A DNA stretch of 64,000 nt, from NCBI GenBank assembly GCA_039586495.1, contig JBDHKG010000001.1:19355-83354 (forward strand). The letters run 5' to 3'. Position numbers and translations under genes: made by a program. Of this stretch, positions 56,760-64,000 are shown piece after piece (the first letter of the stretch is position 1; every line of letters starts with the position of its first letter). Below the pieces are notes generated by a model. It worked only from the letters and a program-made list of their open reading frames with translations. It was not told the origin of the DNA and did not search any database. The stretch comes from Gemmatimonadota bacterium (GTDB lineage Bacteria; Gemmatimonadota; Gemmatimonadetes; Palauibacterales; KS3-K002).

Positions 56760-59063
56760 ATGGCCTTCAACTTCTTGCAGGATCTGTTCAAGCGGCGCGT
56801 GCCGCACATCCTGGGTCTGTATCTCGGTGCATCCTGGGTCGTCATAGAGTTCGTCAGCCTGCTGGTCGACCGTTTCTACCTTTCGCCGCACCTGATCGAG
56901 TTCAGCCTGGTACTCCTGGCGTCGCTGGTCCCCACCATCGTGCTGCTCGCCTACGTCCACGGTAGGCCGGGTCCCGATGAGTGGACGAAGGCCGAGAAGA
57001 TCGGCATACCCTTCAACCTGCTGGCCTCGGCGGCGATCCTGCTGATCATGTTCGGCGACCAGGATCTGGGCGCGGCGACCCGCACGCTGCAGTTAGAGAG
57101 CGAAGAGGGGCGCACGGTCGAGCGCGTGATTCCGAAGAGCGAGTTCCGCCGGAAGCTTGCTCTCTTCTACTTCGAGAACGAGACCGGCGACACGGCGCTG
57201 GATTGGCTACAGGTCGGCCTGCCGGTGGCGCTGTGGCTCGATCTTGACCAGGACCTCTTCCTCAGCGTGGTGGCGGAGTTCCAGGGGCACCTGAACCGGG
57301 CTGGCTATCCCGAAGGTGTCGGGCTGCCACCTGCCCTGCGGGCGCGTATCGCGGAGCAGCTGCATGTGGAGCATTTCGCCGTCGGCTCGTTCAGCGGGTC
57401 CGGTGACGATCTGTCGCTCAAGGTGTCACTCCATGAGACCGAGCGCCGCAGGTTGCTGGCGGAGAACTCGTATAGCGGCGGCGACGTCTTCGCGCTCGTG
57501 GACCGGATGTCGGTGCAGCTGCGACGCGACCTGGGGTTGCCGGACCGTCACATCGAGGAGATGCGGGACCTGCCGATCGCGGATATGCTGACCCGCTCGC
57601 TCGGCGCCTACCGGCTGTTCTCGAGCGCAGTCGCCGAGATCCTGATTCGTGGTGCATGGGCCCCAGCGAAGGAGCATCTCGAGGCGGCTGTGCGCGAGGA
57701 TCCAAGCTTCGCCTTTGCCCAATACACGCTGTTCGAGGCCTACCTGTACTTTGGGGAGCGGGAGAACGCGGAAGCGGCGGCGCGGCTGGCCATGCAGCAC
57801 GCCTACAAGCTGCCGGAGCGTGAGCAGTTCAATCTCAAGTACGCCTACTACAACGACATCGAAGAGGATCCCAACAGGCGATTCGCCGTCGCCAAGATGC
57901 GAGTCGAGCTGTTCCCGGAAGACATCGAGGGCCGGGCGCAGCTGGCTTGGGAGTATTGGCGCCGGGGTCAGACGGATCAGGCGATCGCGGAGTACGAGCG
58001 GATCTACGAGATCGACACGTCTCAGTACGGTTACTTCAAGATGATCGGCAGCCTCTACCGGGATCGAGGCGAGTTCGATAAAGCGCTGGGCTACTACGAG
58101 CAGTTTGCGGAGCGCGCGCCGAACGATCCGGCGCCGTTCCAGGTGATCGGGAATCTCTACTTCGCGATGGGGGACCACGGGCGTGCGCAGGGTTACCTGG
58201 AGCGCGCGCTGATCATCGATCCGCACAGCGTAGGTGCGCTCATAGAGCAGGGACACGTGGCGTTCCAGCTGGGCCGTTTCTTTGAGGCGCTGGACAGCTA
58301 CGAGAGGGCACTCGCTGCCAGCGCGTACCCTCCAGATCGCCGCGCAGTGTACGCAGCCTTGCGCTCGTACCACGAGACCAGAGGTCAGCTGGCCAGGGCG
58401 ATCGACTACCTGCACCTGGAGATCGCCGAGTGGGAGAGATTCCAACCTCCGGGCCAGGTGCTGCTCATGAAACTGCTGGACTCGCCTGGCCTCTACGCGC
58501 GGGCCGGTCGGGAAGACCTCGCGTTCGAGACACTCCACACGGCCGAGGAGGGGCTGGTGGCCCCTTACGACAAGGTCGTGCCGCTGGGTTACCTCGAGGT
58601 CTACCTGGAACTGGGAGATGCGGACAGGGCGCAGGAGGCCCTGGAGGGCCTGGAGCCGCTGATGGATTGGCTGGGAACCGCGAAGATCCGCCACAACTTG
58701 CTCTACGAGCAGGGCAGGATCCACGAGTTGAGGGGCGAATACCGGCAGGCGATCGAGAGCTACCAGGGTTCGCTGCGACCTGGCCCGGTGATGGCCGACC
58801 GCAACCAGGCGCTGGGCCGTTGCCACCGCATCCTGGGCGAGCTGGAGACCGCTCAGGAATACCTAGAGAGGAACCTCGAGGTTCTGCCGTTCAGCCCTGG
58901 CGCCCACTATGAGATCGCCCGGGTCTATGCAGAGTTGGGCGACCGGGACAGGGCGCTGGAGCACGTTCAGATAGCGCTGGAGATCTGGGGAGAAGCCGAC
59001 CCGGACTTCCGTCCCGCCCTGGAGGCTCAGGAACTCCTGGCTGAGTTGACTTCGTCCCTGTGA
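56760..59063 (+). CDS. membrane-anchored TPR-repeat protein
   Basis: N-terminus FLQDLFKRRVPHILGLYLGASWVVIEFVSLL plus a second TM is similar to the 17242 and 19027 proteins. Many TPR-like repeats follow (LIIDPHSVGAL..., LEVLPFSPGAHY...). Confidence 0.6.
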   Translation: MAFNFLQDLFKRRVPHILGLYLGASWVVIEFVSLLVDRFYLSPHLIEFSLVLLASLVPTIVLLAYVHGRPGPDEWTKAEKIGIPFNLLASAAILLIMFGDQDLGAATRTLQLESEEGRTVERVIPKSEFRRKLALFYFENETGDTALDWLQVGLPVALWLDLDQDLFLSVVAEFQGHLNRAGYPEGVGLPPALRARIAEQLHVEHFAVGSFSGSGDDLSLKVSLHETERRRLLAENSYSGGDVFALVDRMSVQLRRDLGLPDRHIEEMRDLPIADMLTRSLGAYRLFSSAVAEILIRGAWAPAKEHLEAAVREDPSFAFAQYTLFEAYLYFGERENAEAAARLAMQHAYKLPEREQFNLKYAYYNDIEEDPNRRFAVAKMRVELFPEDIEGRAQLAWEYWRRGQTDQAIAEYERIYEIDTSQYGYFKMIGSLYRDRGEFDKALGYYEQFAERAPNDPAPFQVIGNLYFAMGDHGRAQGYLERALIIDPHSVGALIEQGHVAFQLGRFFEALDSYERALAASAYPPDRRAVYAALRSYHETRGQLARAIDYLHLEIAEWERFQPPGQVLLMKLLDSPGLYARAGREDLAFETLHTAEEGLVAPYDKVVPLGYLEVYLELGDADRAQEALEGLEPLMDWLGTAKIRHNLLYEQGRIHELRGEYRQAIESYQGSLRPGPVMADRNQALGRCHRILGELETAQEYLERNLEVLPFSPGAHYEIARVYAELGDRDRALEHVQIALEIWGEADPDFRPALEAQELLAELTSSL

Positions 59064-59328
59064 GTTGCCAAGGCTCTCCGCCTCACCTACGAGGCTCGTC
59101 GGGCATTGACGGCCCAATCACCTAGCGCCGCTCGACCGCCACAGGCCAGTCCGGGAATCGCGCCTTTGTACGTACGAGTCTAGCTTGTAGCTCTTGGTCG
59201 TGCTCGTCGACCCGCATGGCCACGATCGCGATCTTGCCGTCCATCAAAGCGCCCACGTCCGAGTCTTCGGGTATCATGGCGTCCTCAGGCTGGAAGACCT
59301 GCAACGCCCAAGTCTCCGGTTCGCCAGC

Positions 59329-60015
59329 TTAGGCCTCTACAGTAGCGCGCGCGATGCCCGATAGGAGCCCGTAGGCGCGTCGTACCACTTCCACGCCGTG
59401 AATCTCGGACGGTGGGATGAGCGGGATGCTAACCGTGAGGTACTGAGGAGGCTCGAGGTTGCGGACGGGCTCGCTCCGAGTCAGCTCGACGCCCCAGTCT
59501 GCGACTGCCCTCACCGCCTCGGGATCGTCTTCTCTGAGACCGGAGACCGCGATGGCCGGCACGCCAAAGTAGGCCGCCGTGCGCGCGGCACCGATCGTCC
59601 CGGAACCGAACCAGGCGTCGGCGAGGTTCGGACCGCCGTTCACACCGGAGATTACCAGATCGGGCGGTACGTCGCGCATCGGACCGCTGAGCGCGAAGAT
59701 GAGGCACTCTGCCGGGTATCCGTGGAGCGCGTAGGCCACTACCGCAGAGTCGCCCAGATCGCGACGCTCGACTGTGAAGCTTCGCGTCTGCAGTCCAGGG
59801 GCATAGTTGGAGCTGCCACTACGGTCCGTGGCCGGCGCGACGACGTACGTCTCCGCCACACGGGCAAAAGCACGGGCAAGGGCCAAGATGCCGGCGTCCT
59901 CGATCCCGTCATCGTTGGTGATGAGAACGCGCCTCGGCCAGGTCTCCCGCTGAGCAGAGACCCGGGAAGCGGCTGCGAGGAGAAGCGGTACGAGCAGTGC
60001 GACGGCGAGTCGCAT
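59329..60015 (-). CDS. surE: 5'/3'-nucleotidase SurE with signal peptide
   Basis: VLITNDDGIEDAGILALARAF...LVISGVNGGPNLAD are the SurE DD and GxN motifs. N-terminal signal MRLAVALLVPLLLAAASRVSA. Confidence 0.8.
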   Translation of the reverse strand: MRLAVALLVPLLLAAASRVSAQRETWPRRVLITNDDGIEDAGILALARAFARVAETYVVAPATDRSGSSNYAPGLQTRSFTVERRDLGDSAVVAYALHGYPAECLIFALSGPMRDVPPDLVISGVNGGPNLADAWFGSGTIGAARTAAYFGVPAIAVSGLREDDPEAVRAVADWGVELTRSEPVRNLEPPQYLTVSIPLIPPSEIHGVEVVRRAYGLLSGIARATVEA

Positions 60016-60231
60016 CCAGCGCTGCCGCGATGATGTCGGCTTGGCCATTCTCGATACCCTCCATCAACCGACTGATGATGGCGAAACGTAGCAAGCTACG
60101 ATGCGGTCGCAGGGATCGCCAACGAGCCAAGCTGGGAGGTGTGCAGCGTCGAGGCCGCCACGGGGCGCTTTCCCGCCGAGCGTAAGGGAGGCAGATTAGT
60201 CGCAAGCCCCACAGCCGACGGAGACGACGAG

Positions 60232-60930
60232 ATGCGCGTGATCGGCTTGCTCGGTGGAATGAGCTGGGAATCCACCGCCGAGTACTACCGGATCATCAAT
60301 CAGGAGATACGACGGCGCCTGGGCCGGCAGCACTCGGCGAAGATCCTCATGTATAGCGTCGAGTTCGAGGAGATCGAGCAAATGCAGATCGCCGGTGAGT
60401 GGGACCGGGCGGGGCGGTTGCTGGCCGAGGAGGCTCGACGCCTCGAGCGCGGTGGTGCCGATTTCCTGCTGCTCTGCACCAACACCATGCACAAGGTGGC
60501 TGCGGCCATCGAGGACGCGATCCATGTCCCCCTCATCCACATCGCCGACGCGACGGCGGAACGGGTCCGAGAGGCAGACGTGAGCCGGGTGGGCTTGCTC
60601 GGCACCCGCTTCACCATGGAGGAGGAGTTCTACCGAGGACGATTAGCGGAACAGCACGGACTCGAGGTGCTGATCCCGCCGCCGGAGGATCGGGCGGTCG
60701 TGGACCGGATCATCTTCGCGGAGCTCTGCCAGGGCCAGATACTGGAGCCCTCGCGTCGGGAGTACGTCCGCATCATCGAGGCGCTCGGGGCGCAGGGTGG
60801 CGAGGGGATCATCCTCGGCTGCACGGAGATTGGCCTGCTGATCAAGCCGGATCACTCGCCGCTGCCGGTATTCGACACGACACAGATCCACGCGGAGAAG
60901 GGCGTGGAGCTGGCGCTGGCTGAGGACTGA
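60232..60930 (+). CDS. aspartate/glutamate racemase-family protein
   Basis: MRVIGLLGGMSWESTAEYYRIIN...LLCTNTMHKV...ILGCTEIGLL carries the two catalytic Cys regions of the Asp/Glu racemase fold. Confidence 0.75.
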   Translation: MRVIGLLGGMSWESTAEYYRIINQEIRRRLGRQHSAKILMYSVEFEEIEQMQIAGEWDRAGRLLAEEARRLERGGADFLLLCTNTMHKVAAAIEDAIHVPLIHIADATAERVREADVSRVGLLGTRFTMEEEFYRGRLAEQHGLEVLIPPPEDRAVVDRIIFAELCQGQILEPSRREYVRIIEALGAQGGEGIILGCTEIGLLIKPDHSPLPVFDTTQIHAEKGVELALAED

Positions 60931-60997
60931 GGTCTCGGCCTGGGCAGGTCGGGAGCGCAGCCGGGAGGGAAGCGCCTGAGCGATGAGCGGCCGGAGA

Positions 60998-61027
60998 TTG
61001 ACAGCGCTACTGTCATAGTGGTAATAT
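60998..61027 (+). promoter_or_regulatory. sigma70-like promoter TTGACA-N18-TAATAT with 6-5-6 inverted repeat TGACAG-cgcta-CTGTCA overlapping the -35
   Basis: Seen directly, upstream of the MarR-family gene. MarR regulators typically bind palindromes in their own promoter. Confidence 0.45.
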
Positions 61028-61191
61028 AGTTGGCACTTTGGGCGCTCTGCCTCTCGGCTCCGCCCACGTTAAATCTTTGCCGAAGCCACATCGCTCAGAT
61101 GAGAGAGTACGCGCCCTTGACCCTCGGGCAGCTCGGCGGTCAGTCCGGCCCCCGGCCACCCGCCGCCAGGCGCGCTGCAGTCGCGAGGGAC

Positions 61192-61632
61192 ATGCCTCGC
61201 GACCCGCGTGAGCCCTTGGAGGCGCTGGTCGATGAGACGCTGGACCTCTGCCGGCGTTTTCGCGCTGTGGCCGAGCAGGTGCACGGTCGAGATGCGCCGT
61301 CAGCCCGGCGCCGGGACCTGCTGAGGGAGCTGGAGCGCCAGGGCCCGCAGACGGTGCCGCAGATGGCGCGGGCCAGCTCCGTGACTCGCCAGCACATCCA
61401 GGCGCTGGTGAACCCTCTCGCCGGGGCAGGCTACGTGGAGTTCGTCGAGAACCCGGCCCACAAGCGCTCCGCGCTGGTGCGACTCACGCTGCGGGGCGAG
61501 GAGGCCGTCGAGGCCGTGAACCGGCGCGAGGCGCGGCTACGGGCGCGGCTCGACCTGGCTGCCACCGAGCGGGAGCTGCGCCACGCGGCGGCGGTGCTGC
61601 GGGCCGTGCGTGACGCGCTGGAGGCGGTCTAG
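61192..61632 (+). CDS. MarR-family transcriptional regulator
   Basis: LLRELERQGPQTVPQMARASSVTRQHIQALVNPLAGAGYVEF...RSALVRLT is the wHTH of MarR. The start is uncertain: an alternative Met lies at 61099, and the ORF is open from 61030. Confidence 0.65.
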   Translation: MPRDPREPLEALVDETLDLCRRFRAVAEQVHGRDAPSARRRDLLRELERQGPQTVPQMARASSVTRQHIQALVNPLAGAGYVEFVENPAHKRSALVRLTLRGEEAVEAVNRREARLRARLDLAATERELRHAAAVLRAVRDALEAV

Positions 61633-62219
61633 CCGCCCTCGACCTTGGCGTCGTAGACGCGGCGGAACTCGATATCCCTGGGCCCGCCGCTGATCTTCAC
61701 CTTCACGTAGAGCTGCCGGCCGTCCGGCGCGAGCTCATAGGTCTGAGAGGCCTTGAGACCGTTCTCGAGTTCCCGGTCCAGCACGAGCTTCTTGCCCTTC
61801 CAGCGCGCCCTCACCCTGACGTCGCCGAGGCCTTCTTCCGACACCTCTTCCCAACGCCCATCGGTGCGATAGACGAGCTGCGCGCCTTCGACGCCTGCGA
61901 AGTTGACTGTCGAGTCAGCCTGGACAAGCTTGAAGGCGAGCTGTCCCTGCAAGATGGCCCTCATCCTGGTCTGCATCTCTTGGGGGTTCACCCGGGGCCG
62001 CGCGCCGGGGCGGGCGCCGGGACCCGGCGGGCGGTCGCGCTGCATTTGAGCGCGCGGGTCCCCGCTCTCCTCGAAGTTGAGCACCCACGTGCCACTCAAG
62101 TCGGGATGCCGGGGCGTGACCCCCTCATCGGGGCCGCGGCCGCCTGAGCACGACGTCAGGGCAGTCAGGGTCGCGACGAGGGTCACAAGCGGTGTGGCGG
62201 CGGGGGTGATGAACCTCAT
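61629..62219 (-). CDS. hypothetical lipoprotein
   Basis: Lipobox LTALTSCSG. No recognisable domain. It is the last gene of the ECF sigma operon. Confidence 0.4.
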   Translation of the reverse strand: MRFITPAATPLVTLVATLTALTSCSGGRGPDEGVTPRHPDLSGTWVLNFEESGDPRAQMQRDRPPGPGARPGARPRVNPQEMQTRMRAILQGQLAFKLVQADSTVNFAGVEGAQLVYRTDGRWEEVSEEGLGDVRVRARWKGKKLVLDRELENGLKASQTYELAPDGRQLYVKVKISGGPRDIEFRRVYDAKVEGG

Positions 62220-62336
62220 ACTCTTCGCTCCTCGTTCGTTACGGTGACACAGGGCCTTCGCGTTTCAGGCGCCCGGGCGAGTTCGCTCTCCAGGGCCTGC
62301 GGTCACAAGCGAGCTAGCGCGAACGCGCGGCTGCCG

Positions 62337-62807
62337 CTACGGCTGAGGCGGCGGGGGTCCACGGCGCATCTGGCCCTGTCCAGGCATCCTCTGGCCCATC
62401 GGACCACGCCTTGGTCGCATGAGCTGCAGCAGGCTGTCCAGCCGGGTTGCCTGTTCCTCCGTCAACACCGCGCGGATCTCCATGTGGACGGAATCGGTGA
62501 CGGCGCGGAGGCGTGGAAGCATCTCGCGCAAGATCCCTTCCGTCTGCGGTTGCCCCTGCTCAAGGATCTCGAGGATCTGCCGGCGCTGTGCCAGCGTCAG
62601 GTTGAGCTGACGGAACATGCCCGGCAAGGTGCCGCGACGAAGCGGTCGCAGCATCGTCATGTCAGGCGGCGGCGGCTCGGGCGCGCGGCGTGCGGCGAGC
62701 AGGCGGTCGCCAGCGACACCCGCGAGGACCCCGGCGAGGAACACAACCGCCACGAGCGCGATGCCTTGCGCCCGGACGCGGCCCAAGGACTCGACACCCT
62801 CCTTCAT
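62337..62807 (-). CDS. periplasmic LTXXQ-motif protein (Spy/CpxP/ZraP-like)
   Basis: N-terminal TM, then LNLTLAQRRQILEI and LTEEQATRLDSL, two LTxxQ motifs. Confidence 0.5.
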   Translation of the reverse strand: MKEGVESLGRVRAQGIALVAVVFLAGVLAGVAGDRLLAARRAPEPPPPDMTMLRPLRRGTLPGMFRQLNLTLAQRRQILEILEQGQPQTEGILREMLPRLRAVTDSVHMEIRAVLTEEQATRLDSLLQLMRPRRGPMGQRMPGQGQMRRGPPPPQP

Positions 62808-63163
62808 TGCTCGGACTCCAGGGTTACGAGTAGCTCGGTGGGAGTCGGCAGCTCATCACCACGCACCCACTCAGCGACTTGTGTTGGCACACCGATCGCT
62901 TCCGCCAGGCCGGGCTCCGTCGTCTCGGTCGGCGCTGTTGTCTGCAGGCGTGCGAGCGCCGTGAGCGACACGATGCCGGTTATGGCCGCCGCAGCCAGCA
63001 AGGGCCCCCACCAGAGGGCGACCTGGCCGACGACGCTGCCCCGTGCGCGGCGTGCGGCGAGTTCGCCAGCCGCAGCAGCGGTGATCGAGCGCACGATCTC
63101 CTCGAACCGCTCCGCGTCCCGCATCGGGTCGAGTGGTGAGAAATCGATGCGATCCTCAGTCAT
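62804..63163 (-). CDS. putative anti-sigma factor (single-TM)
   Basis: Lies immediately downstream of and overlapping the ECF sigma gene. Cytoplasmic helical N-terminus, then one TM (VALWWGPLLAAAAITGIVSL) and a short periplasmic tail. Confidence 0.4.
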   Translation of the reverse strand: MTEDRIDFSPLDPMRDAERFEEIVRSITAAAAGELAARRARGSVVGQVALWWGPLLAAAAITGIVSLTALARLQTTAPTETTEPGLAEAIGVPTQVAEWVRGDELPTPTELLVTLESEQ

Positions 63164-63731
63164 CCGAGTACTCCTTCAGCAGCTTCGTGCCCAGCCGCTC
63201 GCGCAGGAGGCGGCGGGCGCTCATCAGGTGCTGCCGTGACATGCCCTCCGAGAGCCCGAGCAACTCCCCGATCTCGCGGTGCTTCCAACCCTCCAGATCA
63301 TGTAGTAGCACCACCTCGCGCTGGATCTCGCTGAGTTCGGTAAGCGCGGACTTGAGTTCGCGCCGCAACTCCTCGCGCTCCGCCTCGCGGCCCGTGTCCT
63401 CGTCGCTCGCCGCCCTGACCTCTTCGAGTGGCAGCACCGACCTCACCCGCCGGTAGCTGCGGAAGTTGCGCGCCCGGTTGCGCACGATCTGGAGCAACCA
63501 GGCCGAAAATCGCTCCGGCTGCCGCAGCCTGTCCAGGCGCTCGAGCGCCCGGAGGAAAGCGTCCTGGCAGGCGTCCTCGGCGTCCATCGGGTTCCCCAGC
63601 ACGGCCAGCGCCACCGCGTGCGCCGCCCTGTAGTAGCGGCGGACCAGTGCCTCGAACGCCGCGGCGTCGCCGCGCCGGGCTCGCTCCACCAGGAGCACTT
63701 CGGGTAGGTCAGGACCCTTATCGGAAGCCAT
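63156..63731 (-). CDS. ECF-subfamily RNA polymerase sigma-70 factor
   Basis: Region 2 FEALVRRYYRAAHAVALAVLGNPMDAEDACQDAFLRA. Region 4 LSEIQREVVLLHDLEGWKHREIGELLGLSEGMSRQHL. Confidence 0.85.
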   Translation of the reverse strand: MASDKGPDLPEVLLVERARRGDAAAFEALVRRYYRAAHAVALAVLGNPMDAEDACQDAFLRALERLDRLRQPERFSAWLLQIVRNRARNFRSYRRVRSVLPLEEVRAASDEDTGREAEREELRRELKSALTELSEIQREVVLLHDLEGWKHREIGELLGLSEGMSRQHLMSARRLLRERLGTKLLKEYSDD

Positions 63732-64000
63732 GGCTCACGACGCCTGCACTTACAAAGACAGGCAGTCTGCCGGAAATGTTAGTCAAATCCGCCTCGTCCC
63801 TCTACGGCGCCGCCGCCGTCCAGGTGGGGCGGTGGGCCTCGAACTTGCGGACCCCTGGGGTGTAGTATGAATGTTCCGAGTAAGTCCCGCCCACCGCGGG
63901 TCTCGAGCTGACCGAGGTGACGCCGGACGCCATCCGACCGCGCTAACGCGTGCACACGGCCGTCGAGTAAGAGCAGGCTACCCGCCCATTGAGATCGTCA

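Noticed and set aside
59122-59304. 60-aa minus-strand ORF between the TPR gene and surE
   Set aside because: No RBS or homology. It lies in a convergent intergenic region and its composition is unremarkable. It is left unannotated.

Overview
This is a high-GC (~68-70%) bacterial chromosomal segment, probably from an Acidobacteriota or Gemmatimonadota-type genome. Supporting that guess are four large ADOP/MacB-like FtsX permeases (one tandem pair), an LVIVD-repeat protein and many TPR membrane proteins.

Most of the window is ordinary housekeeping and envelope genes: M24 peptidase, RNase-J-like MBL hydrolase, MscS, sulfatase, EEP nuclease, an OmpA-like lipoprotein, trxC, nitroreductase, DoxX, an HDAC-like protein, ETF-QO, SurE, Asp racemase, MarR, and an ECF sigma / anti-sigma / LTXXQ module.

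The accessory-looking part is 4.3-17.2 kb. It holds:
- a vapBC toxin-antitoxin pair with a palindromic operator;
- a lipoprotein whose domains 1-3 align convincingly with thiol-activated / cholesterol-dependent cytolysins, but which lacks the CDC domain 4 and undecapeptide (a CDC-like pore-former) and has reduced GC;
- a PKD + beta-helix + (GGX)n glycine-rich lipoprotein;
- an ABC-2 ATPase/permease pair, a TonB-dependent receptor, an LVIVD beta-propeller and a CPBP/Abi intramembrane protease interrupted by an in-frame TAG.

These together look like a secreted pore-forming toxin with candidate export/immunity functions.

Other notable elements:
- a clear TPP (THI-box) riboswitch with an SD-sequestering hairpin upstream of two tandem tenA genes;
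- convergent tenA2 and ornithine-cyclodeaminase ORFs that overlap for ~900 bp without stop codons;
- a ~1 kb low-GC O-methyltransferase gene;
- sigma70-like promoters with palindromic operators at the PadR, MarR and tandem-ADOP genes;
- an unannotated 31-aa hydrophobic peptide ORF with a strong SD;
- a perfect 45-bp in-frame tandem duplication in the sulfatase gene;
- a truncated beta-lactamase-family gene remnant.

All coordinates were derived by hand and by codon arithmetic from the ORF track. Starts may be off by a few codons, and no database search was run.
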